A program made the translations under genes and the position numbers. Shown here piece after piece: positions 10,418 through 20,080 of a stretch of 64,000 nucleotides of DNA. The first letter of the stretch is position 1. Each line of letters starts with the position of its first letter. The notes under the pieces are model-generated. The model ran no database searches and had not been told where the DNA came from. It saw only the letters and a list, made by a program, of their open reading frames with translations. Source of the DNA: an uncultured Bacteroidales bacterium (GTDB taxonomy: Bacteria; Bacteroidota; Bacteroidia; Bacteroidales; VadinHA17); NCBI GenBank assembly GCA_963825935.1, contig CAWGUN010000010.1:135752-199751 (forward strand). Direction: 5' to 3'.

Positions 10418-10654
10418 TGGCACAATTTAAAAGGGTTTGGTAATTCCCTGGAAACAAGCTCAATACTATCATCAAATGTAAATATAGTTAAAATTAGCAT
10501 TATTTATTAAGTACAAGATTCCTTAATTTGATCCGATTTTTCATAGTTTAATGCTGAGTAAATCTTATCTGTTAATAATTCTTCAAAGAAAGCAATCCTG
10601 CGAAACTTTGTGATTATGAATATGATTTAATAAATTTATATCTCAATCTTCAAT

Positions 10655-11701
10655 ATGGCCAGTTTAAATGAGATTTTGATAAGAAAGGTTTTTGATGAGA
10701 TGTTGAAATATAAAACATCATTATCAAAAATGGTGATCTCAGATGATGAAGAAGAAGAATTGCCAGATTACAGGATACTTGCGGATCTGATAATAAAAAA
10801 CTTTCCATGGCCTATCGGTGTTGAACTTCGAAGACTTTTCTCCGGATCGATGCGGCAGCTTGACCGTATGAGACTTGACCAGATTTTTAAGACTATTGAG
10901 CGTTCAATGCAATTCCTCTGTTTTGTGATGTTATCACAGATGGCAAAGTCGAAGGAAGAAGGTAAACTTATAATTCCTGGCAGTTTTAACAAAGAATTTA
11001 AAAATAGATTTCTTGTTCTTAGCCTGGGAAATTTTTCCTGGATAATAAGATCCGTTGGTAATCTTTACCGGGATCAGAAAATAGAATGGTTCATGCCTGA
11101 AATGTCAGATTGTTTTGATAATAAGTTCTATGGGGCTCTTGATTTCTGGGTCCCTGAACGTAACGAGATCGGGCATTACCAGATAAATCTGACTCAGGAT
11201 GAAATAGAAAAAAGATGTGTTGAATATGAGGAAAAACTTACTTTTATTCTTCAGAGAATCTCTTTTCTGATAAAATATAAGCTTGTTTCTGTAAAAGAGA
11301 TAAAAGTGATTAAATCAAAAAACAGAGAGGCAGCATTTAACCATGTCTTCAATCTGCTCAACAGCTCTGATTCCGATTTTAAGGCAAATGAATTTCAGGA
11401 ATCTACATTTACCGAGAGCAATTCGGTATTGCTAATGAAAAACATCAAATCAATCGACGAATATCTTAATTTATCTCCTCTGATTATTGACACGAGCACT
11501 GAAGTCCTTGATTCAAAGGAAAAATTTGAGATTAAAAAAGATATATTCATGTATTCAAAATTCCGTAATGACCAGTTAATGTATCTTGGAACAGAGGTTA
11601 CAGAAAAGATAGACCTGCGGTCACTGAAGAATTATGAAACATTGTTAAGGGAGTTCAGGTACCTGTTATCGGTAATTTCAGAAGAAGAAGAAATCAAATA
11701 A
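10655..11701 (+). CDS. Hypothetical cytoplasmic protein with a HEPN-like RxxxxH motif
   Basis: 348-aa mostly helical ORF; ERNEIGH (R at 11159, H at 11174) and an upstream 'KTIERSMQFL' helix; 23 bp upstream of the STAND gene. The CDS is solid, the HEPN call is inference. Confidence 0.6.
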   Translation: MASLNEILIRKVFDEMLKYKTSLSKMVISDDEEEELPDYRILADLIIKNFPWPIGVELRRLFSGSMRQLDRMRLDQIFKTIERSMQFLCFVMLSQMAKSKEEGKLIIPGSFNKEFKNRFLVLSLGNFSWIIRSVGNLYRDQKIEWFMPEMSDCFDNKFYGALDFWVPERNEIGHYQINLTQDEIEKRCVEYEEKLTFILQRISFLIKYKLVSVKEIKVIKSKNREAAFNHVFNLLNSSDSDFKANEFQESTFTESNSVLLMKNIKSIDEYLNLSPLIIDTSTEVLDSKEKFEIKKDIFMYSKFRNDQLMYLGTEVTEKIDLRSLKNYETLLREFRYLLSVISEEEEIK

Positions 11702-11724
11702 CAGAATCTATCTATTTATCCATT

Positions 11725-14646
11725 ATGCAAAGAAGTCCATATAAGTTTCTGGATAGTTACTCAAAGGAGGACCGTGATATCTTCTTTGGCAGGGATAAAG
11801 AGATTGAGGAACTTTATTCAAGAGTTTTTGAAAGCAGAATACTTGTCGTTTATGGAACTTCGGGTACGGGTAAGTCGTCACTCATTAACTGCGGACTGGC
11901 CAACAAATTCAATGATTCAGACTGGCTGCCTGTAACAATAAGAAGAGGTATAAACATTAACCAGAGCCTTTTTTATTGTCTGGACAGAATTGGGTTGACA
12001 AAGATCTCATCGGGGAACAAAGACCAGGCAGGCAAAAAGACAATTGATATTGTAAAAATCATCAGATCAATATATCTAGACCATTTTAAACCGGTTTATC
12101 TGATTTTTGACCAGTTTGAAGAGCTATTTATTTTTGGTAATAGCCAGGAAAAGGACGAACTGATTACCAATATCAGAAAAGTTATTGATTCTGATTTGCA
12201 GTGCAGGTTCATTTTCTCTATCAGGGAGGAATATCTGGCAAGTATTACGGAATTTGAGAAGATCATCCCCTCATTTCTGGATAACAGGATAAGAATTGAA
12301 AAGATGACAAGGCAAAATGCCATCCAGGTAATTGAAGGTCCCTGCCATTTAAACCATATTGCTGTTGAACCCGGCTTCTCAGAAATGCTGCTTGAAAAAC
12401 TGAATCCGGATAATCCCGATGTTGAGTTAACCTGGCTTCAGGTTTACCTTGATAAAGTATTTCGTATAGCTTCTCCGGACGGGAAAGATGTGAATAATTT
12501 CACAAAGGATTTGCTTGACAAAGCCGGTGAAGTTAAAGATTTGCTTGGATCATTTCTGGAAGAACAGATATCTCAGCTCGACGATCCTGAATCAGGACTG
12601 GTAATCTTAAAGTCGTTTGTTTCAGTCAAAGGGACAAAGCATCAGATTACAGAAGAAGAAGTTATAGAATATTCAAAAACTCTAGGGAAAGATACTGACA
12701 GAGAAAAGGTAAAAGGTTTTATCCAAAAGTTTATTAGCTTAAGGATACTGCGTGATAAAGATGAAAATGGCAGGTATGAGCTTCGCCACGACAGCCTGGC
12801 AGCCAAGATATACGAAAAGATCACACTGGTTGAGAAAGAATTGCTTGAGATCAGGCAATTCCTTGATAATGCTTACAGTAACTATGAAAAAAGGCAATTG
12901 TACCTTACTGTTGAGGACCTCAAATACATTGCTCCCTATGAAGACAGATTATTCCTGAGTGAAAAGGTAACACGGTTTATCTCTCAGAGCAAATGGGCAA
13001 TCCATAAAGCAAAGAGGAGCCGCCAGAATGCGTTGATAATATCTGCAGTGATCCTTATTACGGTTTTATCATTTTTTTCTGTCTGGGCATTAAGAGAGAA
13101 AAGCAATGCAAAGAAACAGGAGCAGTATGCAAATGTGCAGAAGGATTCGGCATTAATGGCAAAAGCAGTAGCTGACTCAGCCTGGAAAGAAGCGGAGATA
13201 TCAAGAATTCTGGCTGAGAAAGCAAAAATCCTGGCTGATTCCAGCGCAGATATTGCAAAACTGAATGAAACAGAGGCTTTACGGCAAAGAAGATTAGCTC
13301 AGTTAAATCAGACAATTGCTGAGAGAAATGAGGCTGTGGCAATAAAACAGGAACAGCTTGCAAATAAGGAAAAGGATACAGCCGATAATGAAAGAACAAA
13401 AGCTGTTGAAGCCGAAAAACAAGCCAAACAGCTTAGCTTTCTTTCAACAGCACAAAACCTTGCATTAAAGTCATCAGGTATAGTAAAAGATCCGCAACTC
13501 ATGGGACTTCTGGCTGTCCAGGCATATAACTTCAATAAAAATAACAACGGAAAACCGGAAGATCCGATCATCTATGAAGCATTGAACAAAGCTTTTTTAA
13601 CACTGGACAGTTCACGTCATTCTGTTTTTACCGGTTCTCCGAATGAGATCCGGGTCCTGAGAGGGAAAGACAATGGATTACTTCTAAGTGCCGATCTGGA
13701 TGGCCAGATAAGAATATGGACACTGGATGGGAATACAAATAACATATATACTATTGCTTTCAAATCTCCGATAAATTTCATTGGTTCAAATTCCACCGGT
13801 GAAAAGATAATTACCCAGCATGATAACAATGATCTGTTTTTATGGGACACAAGCAAAGGATCAACAGGCACAAAAAATCTTATTGGCCAGAAATTGACAA
13901 TGCATTCCGGTTTTGTTCGTTCTGTTGCCTTCTGCAAAGGCGAAAAATATCTGGCGACTGCAGGAAGAGACAGCTCCATAATAATCTGGGATATTGATGA
14001 CTATCCTGCTTCGAAGATTAATAACATAAAAACAATGTCGGGTATAAGGGCAATGGTTTTTTCAAATCCTGATACTTTGATCTATGCGCAGGAAGATGGC
14101 AGAATTTTAAAATGGAACGTTATAAAGAATGAAAGCATCGGAATGTATGCCTCTGAAAGAGAGAAACCGCTTTGCCTGGCATGGAACGACAACAAAAAGA
14201 TCCTGGTTGCCGGATGTTCAGATGGCACTCTTTTATTATTTGACCGAATATATGATCCGTTAGCAAAACCAGAAAAACCGGTAGTTCATGATGCAGGGAT
14301 TGACCTGATAATGTTTAATTCCGATTTTTCCCTTCTGGCAACGTCAAGCTGGGATAAAACCATTAAGTTTTATAATTATCATGAATTTTTTGAACTTGGA
14401 AATACCATTGGAGGAGCAGAGCATATAAGAAATATCAATTTCAGGGCAAGATCATTAGCCTTCACCAGCGATAATAAACTGGCTGCGGGTCTATCTGATA
14501 AAAGTATACGGGTATGGGAAACAACCTCAGCAAAGCTCGCTTTAATGATCTGCGACCTGTTAACAAGGGACATGACTCATGAAGAATGGAATGAAATGGC
14601 AGGAGCAGATATCACGTATGAAAAAACCCGCAGCAGAAAACCATAA
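11725..14646 (+). CDS. nSTAND1-type P-loop NTPase - TM helix - coiled coil - WD40 repeats
   Basis: SPYKFL..Y...D..IFFGR N-terminus; Walker A GTSGTGKSS; Walker B LIFDQFEELF; YELRHDSL; TM LIISAVILITVLSFFSVWAL; Ala/Lys/Glu-rich coiled coil; WD40 units (LATAGRDSSIIIWD, LATSSWDKTIKFY, GLSDKSIRVWE); C-terminal C..LTRDMT.EEW. Confidence 0.9.
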   Translation: MQRSPYKFLDSYSKEDRDIFFGRDKEIEELYSRVFESRILVVYGTSGTGKSSLINCGLANKFNDSDWLPVTIRRGININQSLFYCLDRIGLTKISSGNKDQAGKKTIDIVKIIRSIYLDHFKPVYLIFDQFEELFIFGNSQEKDELITNIRKVIDSDLQCRFIFSIREEYLASITEFEKIIPSFLDNRIRIEKMTRQNAIQVIEGPCHLNHIAVEPGFSEMLLEKLNPDNPDVELTWLQVYLDKVFRIASPDGKDVNNFTKDLLDKAGEVKDLLGSFLEEQISQLDDPESGLVILKSFVSVKGTKHQITEEEVIEYSKTLGKDTDREKVKGFIQKFISLRILRDKDENGRYELRHDSLAAKIYEKITLVEKELLEIRQFLDNAYSNYEKRQLYLTVEDLKYIAPYEDRLFLSEKVTRFISQSKWAIHKAKRSRQNALIISAVILITVLSFFSVWALREKSNAKKQEQYANVQKDSALMAKAVADSAWKEAEISRILAEKAKILADSSADIAKLNETEALRQRRLAQLNQTIAERNEAVAIKQEQLANKEKDTADNERTKAVEAEKQAKQLSFLSTAQNLALKSSGIVKDPQLMGLLAVQAYNFNKNNNGKPEDPIIYEALNKAFLTLDSSRHSVFTGSPNEIRVLRGKDNGLLLSADLDGQIRIWTLDGNTNNIYTIAFKSPINFIGSNSTGEKIITQHDNNDLFLWDTSKGSTGTKNLIGQKLTMHSGFVRSVAFCKGEKYLATAGRDSSIIIWDIDDYPASKINNIKTMSGIRAMVFSNPDTLIYAQEDGRILKWNVIKNESIGMYASEREKPLCLAWNDNKKILVAGCSDGTLLLFDRIYDPLAKPEKPVVHDAGIDLIMFNSDFSLLATSSWDKTIKFYNYHEFFELGNTIGGAEHIRNINFRARSLAFTSDNKLAAGLSDKSIRVWETTSAKLALMICDLLTRDMTHEEWNEMAGADITYEKTRSRKP

Positions 14647-14661
14647 TTATGAAACTGACAT

Positions 14662-15735
14662 ATGAAACGGATAGTTTTCATATTAATTTTATTTTCAATT
14701 AGTTGCCTTCTTCCTGGTCAGGAAGTGGATAAAGGAACCAAGACTAATGGAGGGTCTCTTGTGGTCATACAGGAGGCAGACAAGTTGTATCAGTATGGAC
14801 TTTATAACAGGTGTATTGATATTCTTAGTGGGGTATTAAAAACTTGTAGTCTGACACGAAATGAAAAGACACTTGCCCTGGAGCTTCTCGCAAAAGCTTA
14901 TACTGAAACTGATGACCCTGAGAAGGCTGATTCTGCAGTTAACATTATGCTTCACACCTCTCCTCATTATGAATTAAAGGAACAGGATAATCCGGAATCA
15001 TATAACCGTCTTGTAAGAAAATATAAGATCCATCCCCGGTTGTCAATAGGCATTCGTAACACATTAGACTGGATGAATTATAGAACTACCAGGATTTTCA
15101 ATGTTGATGGTCTCAACTATGATGAACCGTATAAGAAAGAACTTGAGGGAATCCTGAATGACTTTAACTGGATGTATTATGGATGGGCAGAGCTTGAATT
15201 TGATGGAGATATTTCGTTGAATGCAGATCTTATTTTCAAGTGGACAAATTTTAAGAGGGAAATAAGAACACCTGGTTTTGATCTTACCTTCAGGGAACAG
15301 GATAATTATATTGAGATACCGTTTTACCTGAAAAAATATTTTCCTGTCGGGAAGTATGTTCTGCCATATTTTACTGCAGGGATGGGCTGGCTTTCCATGA
15401 CAAAAGCTACCGGCAACGCCACTAAAGATTATTCCGAAGATGTTCCATCAGTAACTACGGGAGATATTAACATGCTGTCGGCAAGAAACAAGAATACCTT
15501 TGAGTGGATTGCAGGAGTGGGTGTCGGATACAAGTTGAAAAATCTCAGGCTCTTCATTGATGCCAGGTACTACAGCGGATTAAAAAGTATTACAAATCCC
15601 GCGAAAGGTCTTAGCAACAATATGTTAGTTAATGACTACTTATATATCGATAACTCAGTCAGATTAAATCAGTTTGAAATAGGAGCTTCATTCTCCTATA
15701 CTTTTATAAACTCTGTGAAAAGAATCAGGCATTAG
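14662..15735 (+). CDS. Outer-membrane beta-barrel (PorT/OMP-like) with an N-terminal TPR-like domain
   Basis: Signal peptide; helical EADKLYQYG...ALELLAKAY segment; alternating aromatic strands NYIEIPFYLKKYF, FIDARYYSGL, FEIGASFSYTF. Confidence 0.75.
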   Translation: MKRIVFILILFSISCLLPGQEVDKGTKTNGGSLVVIQEADKLYQYGLYNRCIDILSGVLKTCSLTRNEKTLALELLAKAYTETDDPEKADSAVNIMLHTSPHYELKEQDNPESYNRLVRKYKIHPRLSIGIRNTLDWMNYRTTRIFNVDGLNYDEPYKKELEGILNDFNWMYYGWAELEFDGDISLNADLIFKWTNFKREIRTPGFDLTFREQDNYIEIPFYLKKYFPVGKYVLPYFTAGMGWLSMTKATGNATKDYSEDVPSVTTGDINMLSARNKNTFEWIAGVGVGYKLKNLRLFIDARYYSGLKSITNPAKGLSNNMLVNDYLYIDNSVRLNQFEIGASFSYTFINSVKRIRH

Positions 15736-15811
15736 ATGGGAAAGATAATTATCCTGCCCAGCCAATAATATCATTATTATTTTTTTACAGAAGGCTTATC
15801 TTAAATGGCAT

Positions 15812-16561
15812 TTATCTTCTGCTTTTGCCGGTTCCCTGAGGCTTCATCATATTTCGTTGAACACCCACTGGACGTCCGATATCCCTGCCACGGTATTCCA
15901 TCCGTTGTGGTGGACGAGTCGGTTCAACTCTCCTTTCGGGAAATTCACGGTTTAGATTAGGCTCCCGTCTGTTTTCATTGCGGTTGCCAACAATGGTCCT
16001 GTTCTCATTGTTAATAATAGTTGTTTTTCTCTCCACATCAGGAGCACGACGTGTATTGTTATACATGGTAGCCCTCCCATTTTCATTAAACCCGCGCAGG
16101 GGACGATTAATATCAATATCGACATCTCTGTAAAAGGTTCGATAATAATAGCGTGGATAATGTGACACGTAATGATGGAAATGCATCCATGGTTCAAATA
16201 CATTATAATCGAGTAAAACTATAAAAGCGGTGTTCAGGTCCAGCCATGAATAAATTGGTGGTAATGTAGCACCGAACATCCAGTTGCCATCTTCCAGATA
16301 AACGAATTCATGGTTCCAAACGTCATAGTAACATTCAATGTCGGGGATGTAGTAATAACGAATCATATTAACATTTTCGTAATAGGGGGCCCATGGCGGA
16401 GGCACAACATTTACACCTTCTCCTGGTCTTTGGGCAAAAACTGTCATGCTGCCGAGACAAAGAAAGAAGATGGATGCAACAGCAATAATCTGAATGATTT
16501 TTATTCCACGAGGGAATATCTCAGATACATACCCTGTGATTTGATTTTTGAAAGTTTTCAT
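15812..16561 (-). CDS. Hypothetical exported protein (PPPWAP...RYYYIPDIECYYDV family; Arg-rich low-complexity tail)
   Basis: Signal/TM segment then an aromatic-rich domain; ATG at 16561 chosen over upstream TTG. Confidence 0.7.
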   Translation of the reverse strand: MKTFKNQITGYVSEIFPRGIKIIQIIAVASIFFLCLGSMTVFAQRPGEGVNVVPPPWAPYYENVNMIRYYYIPDIECYYDVWNHEFVYLEDGNWMFGATLPPIYSWLDLNTAFIVLLDYNVFEPWMHFHHYVSHYPRYYYRTFYRDVDIDINRPLRGFNENGRATMYNNTRRAPDVERKTTIINNENRTIVGNRNENRREPNLNREFPERRVEPTRPPQRMEYRGRDIGRPVGVQRNMMKPQGTGKSRR

Positions 16562-16610
16562 AAGTTTCTTTTTTATGTTTGCCAACTTTTTTGAATCAGA
16601 GGACTGAAAG

Positions 16611-17087
16611 CTAATTTATATTAATACTCTTCTCTTTAAGGTGTTTATCAATTGCATCCTTATTGATTTGGATATCAACAAAAGGATAATAAATCATAGT
16701 AAGAGATTTATTGTCAACAGGTTCCTTCCCGGGAGTTATGAAACTAATTCTTTTTTTGTTAAGATCGAGCGTAATGGTATATGCAATGCAGTTTTTGTCG
16801 GATCCCTGAAACAGCCATTTTTCTTTATTTTTATCTACTTCAAGCAATTCAATGATATATGCTTTCTCTATAACAGCATGTTCATGACCTTTCCCAAATA
16901 CCCTCAATGTCAAAAGGTCTTTGTCAATTTCAAGCGACAAACTTTCTGCCACCCGGTTTACCGGAATAAATTTTTCCTGGATATCAGCTGACTTGCTGGT
17001 AATCATCGAATCAGCAGTAATGGAAATTTGGCCTTTAACAGAAATCAGCATCAGCAGAAGAATTGATGTCAAAATGATTTTTTTCAT
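16611..17087 (-). CDS. Hypothetical secreted protein
   Basis: MKKIILTSILLLMLISVKG signal peptide; 158 aa. Confidence 0.7.
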   Translation of the reverse strand: MKKIILTSILLLMLISVKGQISITADSMITSKSADIQEKFIPVNRVAESLSLEIDKDLLTLRVFGKGHEHAVIEKAYIIELLEVDKNKEKWLFQGSDKNCIAYTITLDLNKKRISFITPGKEPVDNKSLTMIYYPFVDIQINKDAIDKHLKEKSININ

Positions 17088-17136
17088 GGTCTGAGATTTT
17101 TAATGATTCTGGCTATAAGAAAATGAACTTTAGCAA

Positions 17137-17290
17137 CAAATTTATTTACAATAAAAGATGAATTGATTAAGAAGAAATTAAAGATCAATTAAGAATTGAT
17201 TAAGAAGAATTTGATTAATCGGTTTAACCTGTTCTTAATCTAACCTTAATTTAATTTTAAGACCTAATACACTTTTAGAAAATAAATTTG
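17137..17290. promoter_or_regulatory. Symmetric divergent promoter: two TAAATTTG -7 boxes, each preceded by four (C/T)TTAA boxes at 11-bp spacing
   Basis: TTAAR at 17167, 17178, 17189, 17200; YTTAA at 17223, 17234, 17245, 17256; -7 boxes at 17137-17144 (minus) and 17283-17290 (plus), each with a 22-nt gap to the nearest box. Confidence 0.75.
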
Positions 17291-17475
17291 TTGAGGGAAA
17301 TTGATCAGGGCTAATTTAAAACACCAATTATGAATTCACTGGAATTTAGCAAAGAACTTATCAGACTTGAGCATACCAGGAAAAGATTATTCGACTTTCA
17401 AAAATTAATTAATTGAAACCTGATTGAGAAAAGGTACAACTATGCTATATAAATCCAGGTATAAAAATGTAAATA

Positions 17476-18828
17476 ATGAATATATGGATATCAACATTTA
17501 TGGTATTGTATTTCTTAAGCATAACGGGTCCTGATTTAAGAGCCCAACTTAAGATCTGGACAGTTGATGATTGTATACATTATGCCCTGGAAAAGAATAT
17601 TCAGGTGCAGAAAGCTCAGGTCAGTAATGATATCAGCAAAATAAATTTGTCTTATGCAAAATCGGCATGGTACCCTTCATTAAGCGGCTCTGCAAGACAG
17701 AACTTTGATTGGAGCAATCAGCTTAACACAACAACAGGATCCACCGTTTTCAGTGGGACAAATGGTACAAATTTTTCTGTCAGTTCAGGAATGACAGTCT
17801 ATAACGGTAATAAGCTTCGTAATTCTTTAAAAAGATCTGAAACTGATTATGAAGCAGACAAGTATAATACCGAAATCATTAAAGAGACTGTAAGCCTCAA
17901 TGTGCTGAATGCCTACCTGCAGGTTTTGTATTCAGAGGAACTTGTTAAAAACAGTAATAGTCAAATTAATTCAACAGCAGAACAATTGAACCTGGCCGGT
18001 GAGAGAATGAAATCGGGTTTAATAGCAAATTCAGATTACCTGCAGGTAAGATCACAACTTGCCACTGAAAAACTGACTTTGGCGACCGCTGAAAGTCAGC
18101 TCGCAATTGACCGGGTCACTCTTATGCAGCTTATGGAGCTTCCGGAAACCAATGACTTTTCAATAGAACACCCGAATCTTGATAGTCTGATAAATCAGAA
18201 ACGGACTCCTGATCCAAAAGAGATTTATCAAATTTCACTGGGTATAAAACCGGAGGTGAAAAATGCAGAGCTCAACAAGAAAAGTTCACAGATCGGTGTT
18301 GACCTGGCAAGAGCTAATTATTTTCCAAATCTTTCCGTGAATGCGGGCATGTCCACCCTGTACGCGAGTTCCAGAACAGGAACAACATTCGGATATCAGC
18401 TTAAAAATAATATCAGTCCGGCGATAGGACTTACTGCTTCGATTCCAATTTATCTGAATAAGCAGGTCAGAACAAATGTGGAAATCGCAAAAGAGAACAC
18501 CAATAATGCTGAACTTGATGAGCTGAACGTTAAAAATCAACTCAGGAAAGCTATTGAACAGGCATGTCTTGATGTCACTTCTTCACAGATTGAGTATGAT
18601 GCAAGCTCTGAACAATATAAGGCCGTAAAGGAATCATTTGATGTAGCTTCCGAAAAATTTTTTAAGGGTATTATGAATTCGGTTGATTACCTGATACAGA
18701 AAACAAGTTTTATTTCTGCTGAAAGCAAATTTCTTCAATCAAAATACAAATTGATATTCAGCTATAAAGTGCTGGATTTTTATACGGGGCAACCCCTCTC
18801 ATTTAAAAACACAGGTAATAGTCATTAA
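17476..18828 (+). CDS. TolC family outer-membrane efflux protein
   Basis: WTVDDCIHYALEKN, AKSAWYPSL and ARANYFPNL duplicated OEP repeats; first gene of the efflux operon. Confidence 0.9.
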   Translation: MNIWISTFMVLYFLSITGPDLRAQLKIWTVDDCIHYALEKNIQVQKAQVSNDISKINLSYAKSAWYPSLSGSARQNFDWSNQLNTTTGSTVFSGTNGTNFSVSSGMTVYNGNKLRNSLKRSETDYEADKYNTEIIKETVSLNVLNAYLQVLYSEELVKNSNSQINSTAEQLNLAGERMKSGLIANSDYLQVRSQLATEKLTLATAESQLAIDRVTLMQLMELPETNDFSIEHPNLDSLINQKRTPDPKEIYQISLGIKPEVKNAELNKKSSQIGVDLARANYFPNLSVNAGMSTLYASSRTGTTFGYQLKNNISPAIGLTASIPIYLNKQVRTNVEIAKENTNNAELDELNVKNQLRKAIEQACLDVTSSQIEYDASSEQYKAVKESFDVASEKFFKGIMNSVDYLIQKTSFISAESKFLQSKYKLIFSYKVLDFYTGQPLSFKNTGNSH

Positions 18829-18843
18829 TAATACCAGACAGTA

Positions 18844-20070
18844 ATGAAAAAGAGAAGAAAAATCATTGAGGTTGTTACTGTAATAATTATTTCATTAGAG
18901 CTTATTCTGGCTGGTTCATGCCATAAAAGAAATAATTCCTACTCATTTGAAACAGCAATTGTCAAAAAAGGCTCGATTATTAACACAATTACTGCTACAG
19001 GTACTGTACAGGCTGATACCACAGTCTTAATCGGTACGCAGGTGTCGGGGGTGATAAAAAAAATATTTGTCGATTTCAACTCTGTCGTTAAAAAGGGACA
19101 ATTGTTAGCTGAACTTGACAAAACACCTTTACAGACACAGGTACAACAGGCACAGGCTTCTCTTGATGATTCAAGAAGTGAAGTTGAATTTCAGAGTGCT
19201 GCATATAAAAGATATCAGGATTTGCTGGATAAAAATCTTATAGCACAGGCTGATTATGACCAGGTTAAATATAATTATAATAAAGCAATTGCAAACCTTA
19301 AGACATCCCAGGCCGGATATGACAAAGCTATTGTGAACCTGAACTATGCCTCAATATTTTCTCCCATAGATGGCGTAGTTTTAAACCGTGCTGTGGATCA
19401 GGGTCAGACTGTAGCCGCCAGCTTCAATACTCCGACTCTTTTTACTATTGCCAATGATCTGACGCAGATGCAGGTTCAAGCGAATGTTGATGAAGCCGAC
19501 ATTGGTCAGGTAAGAATGAGTCAGCCAGTAACTTTCACTGTTGATGCCTATCCCAGTGAGACGTTTACAGGAGATGTACGGCAGATCAGGTTACAGCCGA
19601 TTGTAACTTCAAATGTTGTCACATATACGGTGATTGTGAATGCACCCAATCCTGAAAAGAAACTGATGCCCGGGATGACAGCAAATATAACTGTGTTAGT
19701 TCAACGGTTAGATAGTGTATTGGTAGTCCCCGGAAAAGCTTTAAGGTTCACTCCGGATAATGCCTACATGAGTGCATATATGAAAAACAATCCGGTTGGC
19801 AGAAACCAGGTTAATACCGGTCAATTTCAGGTCAGTTCCCAGCCAGGAAAGAGACCGGTCGTAGTATGGGTAAAATCAGGTGATTTGATACACCGTACTC
19901 ATGTTTTAATTGGTGCTGTAGATGGTACAAACACAGAAATAAAATCCGGACTTAAAGACAGGGACGAGGTAATTCTCTCAATGAGTCTGGCAGGGAAGTC
20001 TGGTGCCAAAACAACAACTACAACTACTACCCAAAGTCCGTTCATGCCACAACGCGGAACCAGAAGATAA
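18844..20070 (+). CDS. MacA-like periplasmic adaptor (membrane fusion protein)
   Basis: [30 protein letters not shown]; [23 protein letters not shown]; KLMPGMTAN. Confidence 0.92.
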   Translation: MKKRRKIIEVVTVIIISLELILAGSCHKRNNSYSFETAIVKKGSIINTITATGTVQADTTVLIGTQVSGVIKKIFVDFNSVVKKGQLLAELDKTPLQTQVQQAQASLDDSRSEVEFQSAAYKRYQDLLDKNLIAQADYDQVKYNYNKAIANLKTSQAGYDKAIVNLNYASIFSPIDGVVLNRAVDQGQTVAASFNTPTLFTIANDLTQMQVQANVDEADIGQVRMSQPVTFTVDAYPSETFTGDVRQIRLQPIVTSNVVTYTVIVNAPNPEKKLMPGMTANITVLVQRLDSVLVVPGKALRFTPDNAYMSAYMKNNPVGRNQVNTGQFQVSSQPGKRPVVVWVKSGDLIHRTHVLIGAVDGTNTEIKSGLKDRDEVILSMSLAGKSGAKTTTTTTTQSPFMPQRGTRR

Positions 20071-20080
20071 ACATAATAAT

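Noticed and set aside
20008-20031. ACA/ACT run as a contingency repeat in the macA-like gene
   Set aside because: In-frame, imperfect trinucleotide run encoding a poly-Thr tail; a length change would not switch phase
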